Source: Dendrobates tinctorius (taxonomy: Eukaryota). Taken from it: DNA of 64,000 nt. This document shows positions 12,601 to 25,600 of the stretch, in pieces. Location of the stretch: NCBI RefSeq assembly GCF_039654945.1, contig NW_027361883.1, positions 372,001-436,000 on the forward strand, in the 5' to 3' direction. The notes under the pieces are model-generated. The model saw nothing but the letters and a program-made list of their open reading frames with translations. It had not been told where the DNA came from and did not search any database. A program made the position numbers and the translations under genes. The stretch's first letter is position 1. The number at the start of each line of letters is the position of its first letter.

Positions 12601-14560
12601 CTCCTTTTTTCTTATGTGTGCCCTCACTCTTTATTTTCTCTGCTCTCCTTTTTTCTTATGTGTGTCCTCGCTCTTTATTTTCTGTGCTCTCCTTTTTTCT
12701 TGTGTGTGTCCTCACTCTTTATTTTCTCTGCTCTCCTTTTTTCTTGTGTATCCTCACTCTTTATTTTCTATGCTCTCCTTTTTTCTTATGTGTGTCCTCA
12801 CTCTTTATTTTCTGTGCTCTCCTTTTTTCTTGTGTGTCCTCACTCTTTATTTTCTATGCTCTCCTTTTTTCTTATGTGTGTCCTCACTCTTTCTTTTCTG
12901 GGCTCTCCTTTTTTCTTATGTGTGTCCTCGCTCTTTATTTTCTGTGCTCTCCTTTTTTCTTGTGTGTGTCCTCACTCTTTATTTTCTCTGCTCTCCTTTT
13001 TTCTTGTGTGTCCTCACTCTTTATTTTCTATGCTCTCCTTTTTTCTTGTGTGTCCTCACTCTTTATTTTCTATGCTCTCCTTTTTTCTTATGTGTCCTCA
13101 CTCTTTATTTTCTGTGCTCTCCTTTTTTCTTGTGTGTCCTCACTCTTTATTTTCTATGCTCTCCTTTTTTCTTATGTGTGTCCTCACTCTTTCTTTTCTG
13201 GGCTCTCCTTTTTTCTTATGTGTGTCCTCGCTCTTTATTTTCTGTGCTCTCCTTTTTTCTTGTGTGTCCTCACTCTTTATTTTCTGTGCGCTCCTTTTTT
13301 CTTATGTGTGTCCTCGCTCTTTATTTTCTGTGCTCTCCTTTTTTCTTGTGTGTCCTCACTCTTTATTTTCTCTGCTCTCCTTTTTTCTTATGTGTGTCCT
13401 CGCTCTTTATTTTCTGTGCTCTCCTTTTTTCTTGTGTATCCTCACTTTATATTTTCTATGCTCTCCTTTTTTCTTGTGTGTCCTCACTCTTTATTTTCTG
13501 TGCGCTCCTTTTTTCTTATGTGTGTCCTCGCTCTTTATTTTCTGTGCGCTCCTTTTTTCTTATGTGTGTCCTCACTCTTTATTTTCTATGCTCTCCTTTT
13601 TTCTTATGTGTGTCCTCTCTCTTTATTTTCTGTGCTCTCCTTTTTTCTTGTGTGTCCTCACTCTTTATTTTCTCTGCTCTCCTTTTTTCTTATGTGTGTC
13701 CTCGCTCTTTATTTTCTCTGCTCTCCTTTTTTCTTGTGTATCCTCACTCTTTATTTTCTATGCTCTCCTTTTTTCTTATGTGTGTCCTCACTCTTTATTT
13801 TCTGTGCTCTCCTTTTTTCTTGTGTGTCCTCACTCTTTATTTTCTATGCTCTCCTTTTTTCTTATGTGTGTCCTCACTCTTTCTTTTCTGGGCTCTCCTT
13901 TTTTCTTATGTGTGTCCTCGCTCTTTATTTTCTGTGCTCTCCTTTTTTCTTGTGTGTCCTCACTCTTTATTTTCTCTGCTCTCCTTTTTTCTTATGTGTG
14001 TCCTCGCTCTTTATTTTCTGTGCTCTCCTTTTTTCTTGTGTGTCCTCACTCTTTCTTTTCTGTGCTCTCCTTTTTTCTTATGTGTGCCCTCACTCTTTAT
14101 TTTCTCTGCTCTCCTTTTTTCTTATGTGTGTCCTCACTCTTTATTTTCTGTGCTCTCCTTTTTTCTTGTGTGTGTCCTCACTCTTTATTTTCTCTGCTCT
14201 CCTTTTTTCTTGTGTGTCCTCACTCTTTGTTTTCTATGCTCTCCTTTTTCTTGTGTGTCGTCACTCTTTATTTTCTATGCTCTCCTTTTTCTTGTGTGTC
14301 CTCACTCTTTATTTTCTATGCTCTCCTTTTTCTTGTGTGTCCTCACTCTTTATTTTCTATGCTCTCCTTTTTCTTGTGTGTCCTCACTCTTTTTCTCTGC
14401 TCTCCTTTTTTCTTGTGTGTCCCCTCACTCTTTATTTTCTGTGCTCTCCTTTTTTCTTGTGTGTGTCCTCACTCTTTATTTTCTCTGCTCTCCTTTTTTC
14501 TTGTGTGTCCTCACTCTTTATTTTCTATGCTCTCCTTTTTCTTATGTGTGTCCTCACTCT
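4870..14560. repeat. Pyrimidine-rich satellite, 44-bp unit with a 42-bp variant, ~200 copies
   Basis: Consensus TGTGTGTCCTCACTCTTTATTTTCTGTGCTCTCCTTTTTTCTTA; the 44-aa period in translation equals 3 x 44 nt. Interrupted by an L2 at ~5536-6652. Confidence 0.98.
5536..6652 (+). mobile_element. 5'-truncated L2-clade LINE inserted in the satellite
   Basis: RT C-terminus YLKLNLSKTELLVFP...ARCLGVILDSELSF...HSRLDYCNSLL...NAAARIIF...LHWLPIHSRIQYK...WNALP...FKRVLKTHLF, with a stop at 5868 and a frameshift at ~5950. 3' end TGTAAAGTGCTGCGGAATATGTCGGCGCTATAAAAATAAA plus a (TTA)n tail; the satellite resumes in register. Confidence 0.95.
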
Positions 14561-14793
14561 TTTTTTTCCGCGTTCTAGAAGTTACTAGAAGATAAACAGC
14601 CGTCAGATTGGTTATTAGACGCAGGATTCGGCCTGAAGTTCTTGAGCCGCCTGCGCTACTGTTAAGTATTTTTCACGAAAAGCCATCAATGAACAGAAGA
14701 GAAAAACAGAAATGTGACTATACGAAAAATAAAAGGCAAATGATAGATCGGGGCCAAAGAGACCACAGTCTGATCACCGAATCCGCCGATGTA

Positions 14794-14836
14794 ACTCCTG
14801 AAGAAGAAGTCATAATGACATCGAAACGCATTGAGT
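14794..14836 (+). ncRNA. Degenerate minimal type-I hammerhead ribozyme motif (Penelope-like)
   Basis: ACTC-CTGAAGA-A-GAAGTCA(TAA)TGACATC-GAAA-CGCATT-GAGT followed by AATAAA. Helix I is ACTC/GAGT, helix II has one mismatch, and the helix III palindrome is mutated (AACGCATT vs AACGCGTT). Confidence 0.6.
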
Positions 14837-15639
14837 GAATAAACCATCAATTCTTTCCTACAACCGTGTGGATCGTGATTTGTACAGCAGCGCGGGTGAC
14901 ATCCACAAATTTCTCCAGTTTGATACTTCGCTCTGATGTACACGACACACGCATGTCTGCCCCGTCAGGCTGCTGGGTTCGTGTCCGTGCACGCCGACAT
15001 TCCTCTGTATGCAGGGAGGTCGCACCTTGTCTTACATTCTTCCTCAGGCATCTAAACCTGAGATAACATCCTCCTTATTGACGGTGTCAGTAGTCACTGA
15101 CGTTCCATAGCTTGTAGGTGGCGGCACTGGAGCATCAAGGCCGTCCATGGACAACCGAGGCCGCCAGGAGCGGGTAACATACAGCAGAACATGGCTCTCA
15201 TCCTATGCAAATGGCAAGAGGAGCTGATCAGCCGCATCTGAGATCTGAGGTCTCCACTGACACATTGTAGCAAACCAGACCTGACTTGTCATTGTTGGCT
15301 GGCCTTTTTATTCAAGGCTTCATTAGATCACAAAAGATTTCTGGGATACAATTTTTCCTCTTTTATTTAATTCTGGAACGTCTATGGGAACCCCAGTTGC
15401 AGGGGAGATTGCCTCATGTTTTGACCTACATCACTGGCAGATGTGATCTGGATCATCTAGGATCCAGCAGATCTGCTTTACCGGCATCAAATGACTGCCA
15501 GATCCTACAGAAGCTTTGGCATCGACCACGCCTGTATTCACTGCAGAGCTGGAAAAGAGAAGGCAGAAGCGGTAATAAACCATGTCTGTCCTCTAGACCG
15601 GGCAGGAGCTTTCACTTTTTGCTGTAAATTGACGTTAGT

Positions 15640-16330
15640 GTTGGGTGCCGGGATGGGGAGCGTGCCATTCTATGGTCCTATTGGCACACCCGTGACGTCA
15701 TCGCACGTCACCAATGGGCTGCTATTACAGCTGAGGGTCTGCTGAAGACCCCTGTGATTGACATTACAGAGCTTCCGCGAAACTTTGCTTCAAAGGGGAC
15801 CATGATTTTTGCTATATGAAGCTGTGGCATTGCTGTTTATAGCACAAGCGATCGGACAATCAAAGATGCAAGCTATTAGGGACAGTGAAAAGTAAAAGAA
15901 AATGTTTTCAAAATTATGAAAAAAAATTTAAAAAAACATAAGTTTAAATCATCGCCCCCTTTTCCCACATGAAAAATAAAGATAAAAAATTACACACCAC
16001 GTGTGGTATCACTGTGTTCCCAAAAGACTGATCTATCAATATATAAAAATAGTCAACCCGATCGATAAACACCGTAATCGGAAAAAATTCACAAAAGACA
16101 AAATTATGGGATTTTTTTGGTCATTGTGATACCACTAAAAAATGCTGTAACAGGGAATCAAAACATTGTCAGAATTACGTGGGGGGGGGACGGGGTTCAC
16201 AATTTCTCCCCACTTGGAATTTTTTCCCCGGTGTCATTCAAAAGTACAAATTATTTGGCGATAAACAAGCCCTCATACATCTATGTGAAAAATAAAAGAG
16301 TTATGGCTCTGGGATGAAGAGGAAGAAAAA
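15640..16330. mobile_element. Probable decayed non-autonomous DNA-transposon repeat (family unassigned)
   Basis: A-rich tract with motifs I recall from anuran interspersed repeats (AAGTTTAAATCA..CCCCCTTTTCCC, AAATAAAAGAGTTATGGCTCTGGGA). No termini found. Confidence 0.35.
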
Positions 16331-16974
16331 ACAAACACACAAAAAGGGAACTTGGCCGCGTTGTGGTGGAATGAAGCCCAGGGCCATGCGCTGCTCCCGG
16401 GTCAGCTGCTGACTGCGCTCTACTATTGAGCACGCTCCTCAGCTGAGAGGAGGCGCTGCCATAGACAATACATGAGTACTGTCTGTGAATGGAGACCACA
16501 GCGCCACAGCGGAGGCCTCCACAATGGACGGATTGTTCAGGTTCAGCAGAGCTTCCATGGTCATAAATCAGAAGAAAGATGTCAGATTAGCTGGTGACAT
16601 CACAGTCTGCTATGTACAGTGACACATGCAGGATGAAGAAGACAAACCGGGCACAATATTGTAAAAATATATTTTGAGCCTCAAATTCCTGCATTTGATA
16701 AAAATAAAGCCCCTCCATATGCAGACCACAACTTCCATTGGAAGCAACTCGGCCCCTTATGTAGTGCGGGACATGCAACAATAGAGCAGTGCTCCAGCAG
16801 TGAGCGGAACCGGCGACAGACTGAAGCATGAAGGTCCGGCAACCGGGTGCACCTACAATCACACTGATGCCCAGTACAAGAGCCTTACTGCCCTCATGCA
16901 CCACTATACTTCACACCTCTGTTCTCCCTGCTCCGCAGCACTACAGTCCTTACACCATAACTCTGTACTTACCA

Positions 16975-19415
16975 CTCCACAGCTCTACATCCCCTGCTCC
17001 ACATCGCTGTAGTCCCTGCTCTACATCCCCTGCTCCACATCGCTGTAGTCCCTGCTCTACATCCCATGCCCCACATCACTGTAGTTTCTGCTCTATATCT
17101 CCTGCTCCATATCGCTGTAGTCCCTGCTCTACATCCCCTGCCCCACATCGCTGTAGTCCCTGCTCTACATCCCCTGTCCCAAATCACTGTAGTCCCTGCT
17201 CTACATCCACTGCCCCACATCGCTGTAGTCCCTGCTCTACATTACTGCCCCAAATCACTGTAGTCCCTGCTCTACATCCCCTGCTCCACATCGCTGTAGT
17301 CCCTGCTCTACATCCCCTGCCCCACATCGCTGTAGTCCCTGCTCTACATCCCCTGCCTCACATCGCTGTAGTCCCTGCTCTACATCCCCTGCCCCACATC
17401 GCTGTAGTCCCTGCTCTACATCCCCTGCCCCAAATCACTGTAGTCCCTGCTCTACATCCCCTGCTCCACATCGCTGTAGTCCCTGCTCTACATCCCCTGC
17501 CCCACATCGCTGTAGTCCCTGCTCTACATCCCCTGCTCCACATCGCTGTAGTCCCTGCTCTACATCCCCTGCCTCACATCGCTGTAGTCCCTGCTCTACA
17601 TCCCCTGCCCCACATCGCTGTATCCCTGCTCTACATCCCCTGCCCCACATCGCTGTAGTTTCTGCTCTATATCTCCTGCTCCACATTGCTATAGTTCCTG
17701 ATCTACAGTACATGCTGCTCAGCTCTATAGTCCATGCTTCACAACTTTACAGTCCCCACAACACTTCAGTCCATGTTTCACAACTCTAGTTACCATTCCA
17801 CAGCTTTACAGTCCCTGCTCCACATCACTGTAGTCCCTGCTTCATAACTCTACAGTTACCCCTCCACAGCTCTACAGTCCCTGCTCTACATACCTACAGT
17901 CCCTGCTTAACAGTCCTTGATCCACATCGGTATAGTTCCTGCTGTATAGTTCATGCTCCACAGTTCTACAGTCCCTCCCTCAAAACTCTACAGTTAGCAC
18001 TCCCAGCCCTACAGTCATTGCTCTACAGTCCCTGTTTCACAGCACTACAGTCACCACACCTCTGCAGTCCATGCATTATAAATCTAAAATGACCACTCCA
18101 CATCTCTGCTGCAGAGTTCTACAGTTCCCACTCTAAAGCTGTACAGTCCTTGATCCACACCTCTGCAGTCCCTGTTCTGGAACAGTATATACCCTGCTTC
18201 ACAAAACCACAGTCCCTGTTCCACATTTGCACAGTCCCTGCTCTACAGCTAGCTATGCAGTTCCTGCTCCACACCTCCACAGTCTCCGGTCTACAAGCCC
18301 TGCTCCACACTTCAACAGTCCCCGCTCTATCGTCCCTGCTCCACATCTCCACAGTCCCTGCTCTGCAGCGCTACAGTTCCTGCTCCACAACTTTATAGTC
18401 TTTGCTCTACAGCTCATCAGTCCCTGTTCTGTTCACCATCCCTACAGTCCATGCTATAGTCACTGCTCCGCAATAAAACTGTCCTTGCTCCACATCGCTA
18501 CAGTCATTGCTCCACAACTATTCCGTCCTTGCTCCACACCTCTGCAGTCCGTTCTCCACAGTCCCTTCTCTACACCTCAGCAGTCCCTTCTTCACATCTC
18601 CACAATCCCTCCTTTACACCTCAGCAGTCCCGTATCCACAGTCCATCCTCTACACCTCAGCAGTCCCTTATCCTCAGTCCCTCCTCTACACCTCGGCAGT
18701 CCCTTCTACACAGTCTCTCCTCTACACCTCAGCAGTCCCTTCTCCACAGTCCCTACTCTACAGCTCACCAGTCCCTTCTCCACATCTCCACAGTCCCTCC
18801 TTTACACCTCAGCAGTCCCTTCTCCAGTCCATCCAATACACCTCAACAGTCCCTTTTCCACATCTCAACAGTCCCTCTTCTACACCTTGGCTGTCCCTTC
18901 TTTAAATTCCCTCCTCTACACCTTAGCAATTCCTTCTCCACAGTCCCTCCTCTATATCTCAGCTGTCCCTTCTTCACAGTTCCTCCTCTACACCTCAGTA
19001 GTTCCTTCTCCACAGTCCCTCCTCTACACCTCAACAGTCTCTCCTCCACATTTCCTCCTCTACACCTCAGCAGTCCCTCCTCTACACCTCAGCAGTCCCT
19101 TCTCCACAGTCCCTCCTCTACACCTCAGCAGTCCCTCCTCTACACCTCAGCAGTCCCTTCTCCACAGTCCCTCCTCTATACCTGAGCAGTCTCTTTTCCA
19201 CAGTCCCTCCTCTATACCTCAGCAGTCCCTTCTCCACATCTCCACATTCCCTTCTCTACACATCAACAGTCCCTTCTCCACAGTCCCTCCACTACACCTC
19301 AGCAGTCCCTTCTCCACAGTCTCTTCTCCACAGTCCCTCAAAAACACCTTAGCAGTCCCTTCTCCACATCTCCACACTCCCTCCTCTGCACCTCAGCAGT
19401 CCCTTCTCCACAGTC
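16975..19415. repeat. Compound 36-bp minisatellite
   Basis: About 19-20 homogeneous copies of GCTCTACATCCCCTGCTCCACATCGCTGTAGTCCCT (16975-17690), a degenerate middle, then a related ACAGTCCCTCCTCTACACCTCAGCAGTCCCTTCTCC unit (~18550-19415). Confidence 0.93.
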
Positions 19416-19417
19416 CA

Positions 19418-22400
19418 GTGGCAACTGCAGGAGAAGGGCTATTGCCGAAGATGTGCACTCTCATGCGATACTCTGTGACCTCTTTAGTAGGATCATTGTC
19501 TCTGTACCAGAAGAATCTTACGAAGTTTCTGTCTCTCTCTCTCTCTCACAAGGAAACAGTGGAACATTTGCTGGATGTCAGCGATGAATGAAGGCAATGG
19601 AATCCTTACAAAAGCGCATAAGTACTCCTAGCAGTTTGTTATTGAGGTCTGGTCCTGTCAGTAGGACATCATTAAGGGAGATATCATCAAACTTAGCACT
19701 GGATTCAAACACCACTCTAATTTGGCCCGGTTTTGTAGGGTGGTATACTCCAAACAAAGGTGGGAACCAGCATTCTTCAGAGTCTTTGAGAGTGGGAGCT
19801 AGCTCTGCATGGCAGTTCTCAAAAATCTTTGACATGAAGGAGAAGAAGTGATCTCTCATCTCTGGTTTCTTTTGTAGATTATGTTTGAGAGAGGAGAAAC
19901 GCTTAAAAGCTTGATTTCTGTTGTTCGCTAGACGTGGTCTGTGGGTTCTGAAGGGAAGAGGTGCGACCCAGCCATTGGTCTCATCTTTTACAAGTTCCTT
20001 GTCCATTACCTCTAAGAACAACTTGTCCTCTACCGACATTGCTACTTGGTTGTCTTGCTTAGTTCTCTGGAAGACTGTGCACCCCAACTGATCCTCATAG
20101 CTTCTTGCTGTCATGAGTAAAGTCTATTAAATGATTGGGCAGTTGGATGCTGTGTGGTAGTTCCTTCACATGGAACTCGTTGTTGCAAGGTTGAAATAGA
20201 GATGGGCGTCCTTTCTCCAATGTATTTGTTAGCATACTTGTCACAGAAGAAGGGGTGTGCATAAGTCCCAAGCATACGTTTCTATTATGACCCATCCTAG
20301 GTCTAGCTTTTGGGCATAGGGAGCATTGTGGAGTCCATTGATATGACTTCTCACTTTATGAACCTGTAGGATACCTCTTCCCAACAGAAGTATTATCTGG
20401 GCCTGATGGTCGAGTTCCGTTATAAGGTGTGCTATGCGTTTCAAGTGAGCGTGATGGATTGCCACATCTGGAGTAGGTATCTCAGATCTGTTGTCTGGGA
20501 TCTGGTTACACTCGATGATTGTAGGTAGTGGCAGGCAGAATTGTCCGTCTAAGGACTTAATTTGGTAGTCAGTGACTTTCCTGCCTGCTGTTGTCACAGT
20601 ACCTGCACATGTCTTTAATGAGTAGGGAGTGCTTGGTCCTTTGATGTTGAATAGGTCAAAGAATGTTGAATTAGCCAGGGATCAATTACTTTGATCATCC
20701 AAGAAAGCATAAAGTCTTACAGCTTTGTCTCTATGGCCTTTTGGGTACACTCTGACTAGGCATATTTTTGAACAGGACCTACTGTCTATTGTCCCTTTAC
20801 AGACTTCAGTACATTGTGAAGTGATCTCTGGCGTAGCTGCATCAGTGCTCCTTTCCTCCCCGCCATGCTCACTGTCAGCTGGCGTGTTTTGTGCACTCCG
20901 TGGAGCTAGGCCAGGGTGTAGGGCAGTGTTATGATCTGTGGTGCCACATTCTGTGCATTTTACACTGACCTTACAATCCTTGGCGAGGTGAGTTGTGGTT
21001 GAGCAGCAGTTGTAGCAGATACCGTTCTCTTTCAGGAAGCTTCTGCGATCTGGCATAGATTTTCCTCTGGAAGCTCTGCCTTTCAGGAGAGGATGAGGCG
21101 TCTGATGGAGCAGGCACTGCTTGCCAGGGTCTTGTACCTTTGTCTCTGATTGCGAGCAGCCAGCAGACCTGTAAATGGAACTTGGAGAAGAAACATAAGA
21201 TTTGTGTACTGCCACAGATGTTCTGCATGGGTTTGCAGATGGTGGTGGTGCAGCATATGACATTGCAAAGTCAAAGCTGGGATCATTTCGGATTGTCGCT
21301 TGTTCGTGTATAAAGTCTACAAAAACGGAGAAGGGAGGGAATGAAACACTGTGTTTGTATTTGTACGTGGAACCACATGTGAGCCACCTCTCCTGTAGGG
21401 CAACTTTTGGACTATAGGGTTAACACCTTTGGCTGTGTCAAGGAATGCAAGTCCTTGTAGGTCGCCTTCACATTTGGCAACTAGGACTTCCTTTAGCAGG
21501 TCACCTAGTTCTCTAAGTTTCTTTGTTAGATATTTTAGGAAAGTCATCGATTCTTTTGAACAAGACTCTCTCTATTACCTCTGCTGAGCCGTAACACTCA
21601 TCCAGCCTCTTCCAGATCTCTTTGAGGCCAATTTGACGGTAGTTTTTATTAAATGTCTATGATCCTTACTGTGTGTTTGACTGACTCTTCTCCTAGGTAT
21701 TTGACTAAGAGGTCTATTTCTTCCCTGTGTTGTAGCCCCAAGTCTCTAGTGACATTTTGAAAGGAAGCTTTCCAAGCTCTGTAACCTTCAGCTTGGTCAG
21801 TGAATTTCATGAGTCCCTTGGCAACCAGATCACGTCGTGTGAAGAACTTAGCAAATTCTGTTGTGAACCGACTGTCAGCAAAGTACACTGGTGATGGGCC
21901 GCCCTGATAGTGATGTGAGGCACATTCACACCTGTTAGTATCCTCAGGGTGGCGCCAGCCGGTGTTGTATTGCTTTGGTCTGATGTGCGGTGTGTCAGCA
22001 AGGTGATTCACGTTGGTTACCTGGTGAGGGGCAAGGAAGACATTAGCAGAGATGTTTTGTTCCTCGTTTTCCTGGAGCTGAGCCTCATGATGACTCTCAC
22101 TCGCTTCACTGGATGTGTCGTGTTCTTGGTTATAGTTTGGATCAGGAAGTTCATTAACATATTGAGATGTGGGTTGTGGCGAATCTTGCAGTGGCAACTT
22201 CAGACTTGACGCACTGCTACGGCTATGCAGCTCAGGGTTTTGCGCGGCTTCTAGTGATTTTGCTCCAGCTAGGGCTGCGGCAGCTTCTCTTTTTGCTACT
22301 AGGCTCTCTAAGGCAGCATCCACGCGTGCTTTCTCTAACTGCACCTTTCTCTCTTGATCATTTAGGTGTGCTTTCTGTAATTTAAGTTGCATCTCTTCTT

Positions 22401-22608
22401 CAGCATAGCTTGCTCGCATTTTGGCGGCTTCAGCATTTGCGCGGGCAATGGCGACCGCACTGCTGATGGATATAGTCTTTGAGGAGACGGATGTAACAGA
22501 TTTTGTCCTGTGTGATTTGTGAGACATGGTGTCTTGGGAGAATGCTTGGCTGTGCAGAGATTGCTGTAGCTGTATTAGTGTCTGTGTAGCCGGTGACTTG
22601 AATCTCAC
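19418..22608 (-). pseudogene. BEL/Pao gag-pol remnant (frameshifts and stops)
   Basis: ORF pieces 21649-22608, 21317-21547, 20682-21263, 20241-20597 and 19578-20114 are colinear gag-PR-RT. Confidence 0.9.
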
Positions 22609-22614
22609 TAGGTG

Positions 22615-25600
22615 GGTGGCTGCAGTGTCACTGGTTCCTGCAAGCTGGATGGAAGGCTGTCTTTTCCCTGAATTACACTAGCTGGATGGCCGTTGTTTCA
22701 CTGGCCCCTGCAGGATGGAAGAATCTTCTCTCTGAATTCCCACTAGCTGGATGGCCGCTATTTCACTGGCCCCTGCAGGATGGAAGACTGTCTTCTCTCT
22801 GAATTCCCTCTAGCTGCATGGCCACTGTTTCACTGGCCCCTGCAGGATGGAAGACTGTCTTCTCTCTGAATTCCCTCTAGCTGGAAGGCCGCTATTTCAC
22901 TGGCACCTGCAGGATGGAAGACTGTCTTCTGTATGAATTCCCTCTAGCTGCATGGCCGCTGTTTCACTGGCCCCTGCATGATGGAAGACTGTCTTCTCTC
23001 TGAATTCCCTCTAGCTGCATGGCCACTGTTTCACTGGCCCCTGCAGGATGGAAGACTGTCTTCTCTCTGAATTCCCTCTAGCTGGATGGCTGCTGTTTCA
23101 CTGGCCCCTGCAAGATGGAAGACTGTCTTCTCTCTGAATTCCCTCTAGCTGGAAGGCCGCTATTTCACTGGCCCCTGCAGGATGGAAGACTGTCTTCTGT
23201 ATGAATTCCCTCTAGCTGCATGGCCGCTGTTTCACTGGCCCCTGCAGGATGGAAGACTGTCTTCTCTCTGAATTCCCTCTAGCTGCATGGCCACTGTTTC
23301 ACTGGCCCCTGCAGGATGGAAGACTGTCTTCTCTCTGAATTCCCTCTAGCTGGATGGCTGCTGTTTCACTGGCCCCTGCAAGATGGAAGACTGTCTTCTC
23401 TCTGAATTCCCTCTAGCTGGAAGGCCGCTATTTCACTGGCCCCTGCAGGATGGAAGACTGTCTTCTCTCTGAATTCCCTCTAGCTGGATGGCCACTGTTT
23501 CACTGGCCCCTGCAGGATGGAAGACTGTCTTCTCTATGAATTCCCTCTAGCTGCATGGCCGCTGTTTCACTGGCCCCTGCAGGATGGAAGACTGTCTTCT
23601 CTATGAATTCCCTCTAGCTGGATGGCCGCTGTTTCACTGGCCCCTGCAGGATGGAAGACTGTCTTCTCTATGAATTCCCACTAGCTGCATGGCCGCTGTT
23701 TCACTGGCCCCTGCAGGATGGAAGACCGTCTTCTCTATGAATTCCCACTAGCTGGATGGCCGCTGTTTCACTGGCCCCTGCAGGATGGAAGACTGTCTTC
23801 TCTCTGAATTCCCCCTAGCTGGATGGCCGCTGTTTCACTGGCCCCTGCAGGATGGAAGACTGTCTTCTCTATGAATTCCCACTAGCTGGATGGCCGCTGT
23901 TTCACTGGCCCCTGCAGGATGGAAGACTGTCTTCTCTCTGAATTCCCCCTAGCTGGATGGCCGCTGTTTCACTGGCCCCTGCAGGATGGAAGACTGTCTT
24001 CTCTATGAATTCCCTCTAGCTGGATGGCCGCTGTTTCACTGGCCCCTGCAGGATGGAAGACTGTCTTCTCTATGAATTCTATGAATTCCCTCTAGCTGGA
24101 TGGCCGCTGTTTCACTGGCCCCTGCAGGATGGAAGACTGTCTTCTCTATGAATTCCCTCTAGCTGGATGGCTGCTGTTTCACTGGCCCCTGCAAGATGGA
24201 AGACTGTCTTCTCTCTGAATTCCCTCTAGCTGGATGGCCGCTGTTTCACTGGCCCCTGCAGGATGGAAGACTGTCTTCTCTATGAATTCCCTCTAGCTGC
24301 ATGGCCGCTGTTTCACTGGCCCCTGCAGGATGGAAGACTGTCTTCTCTATGAATTCCCTCTAGCTGGATGGCCGCTGTTTCACTGGCCCCTGCAGGATGG
24401 AAGACTGTCTTCTCTATGAATTCCCACTAGCTGCATGGCCGCTGTTTCACTGGCCCCTGCAGGATGGAAGACTGTCTTCTCTATGAATTCCCACTAGCTG
24501 GATGGCCGCTGTTTCACTGGCCCCTGCAGGATGGAAGACTGTCTTCTCTCTGAATTCCCCCTAGCTGGATGGCCGCTGTTTCACTGGCCCCTGCAGGATG
24601 GAAGACTGTCTTCTCTATGAATTCCCACTAGCTGGATGGCCGCTGTTTCACTGGCCCCTGCAGGATGGAAGACTGTCTTCTCTATGAATTCCCTCTAGCT
24701 GGATGGCCGCTGTTTCACTGGCCCCTGCAGGATGGAAGACTGTCTTCTCTATGAATTCCCTCTAGCTTCATGGCCGCTGTTTCACTGGCCCCTGCAGGAT
24801 GGAAGACTGTCTTCTCTCTGAATTCCCTCTAGCTGCATGGCCGCTGTTTCACTGGCCCCTGCAGGATGGAAGACTCTTCTCTCTGAATTCCCTCTAGCTG
24901 CATGGCTGCTGTTTCACTGGCCCCTGCAGGATGGAAGACTGTCTTCTCTATGAATTCCCACTAGCTGGATGGCCGCTGTTTCACTGGCCCCTGCAGGATG
25001 GAAGACTGTCTTCTCTATGAATTCCCTCTAGCTGCATGGCCGCTGTTTCACTGGCCCCTGCAGGATGGAAGACTGTCTTCTCTCTGAATTCCCTCTAGCT
25101 GCATGGCCGCTGTTTCACTGGCCCCTGCAGGATGGAAGACTCTTCTCTCTGAATTCCCTCTAGCTGCATGGCTGCTGTTTCACTGGCCCCTGCAGGATGG
25201 AAGACTGTCTTCTCTATGAATTCCCTCTAGCTGGATGGCCGCTGTTTCACTGGCCCCTGCAGGATGGAAGACTGTCTTCTCTATGAATTCCCTCTAGCTG
25301 CATGGCCGCTGTTTCACTGGCCCCTGCATGATGGAAGACTGTCTTCTCTATGAATTCCCACTAGCTGGATGGCCGCTGTTTCACTGGCCCCTGCAGGATG
25401 GAAGACTATCTTCTCTCTGAATTCGCTCTAGCTGGATGGCTGCTGTTTCACTGGCCACTGCAGGATGGAAGACTGTCTTCTCTCTGAATTCCCACTAGCT
25501 GGATGGTCGCTGTTTCACAGGCCCCTGCAGGATGGAAGACTGTCTTCTCTCTGAATTCCCACTAGCTGGATGGCCGCTGTTTCACTGGCCCCTGCAGGAT

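Noticed and set aside
6551-14595. Three overlapping ~2,600-aa hydrophobic ORFs
   Set aside because: Translations of a stop-free 44-bp satellite; all frames give the same cyclic peptide.
19418-19422. GTGGC at both BEL ends as a TSD
   Set aside because: The left copy falls within RT coding sequence (AVAT) and the 3' LTR is missing, so the match is probably chance.
16828-19591. Mucin/extensin-like ORFs
   Set aside because: 36-bp minisatellite with indels; no signal peptide or splice structure.
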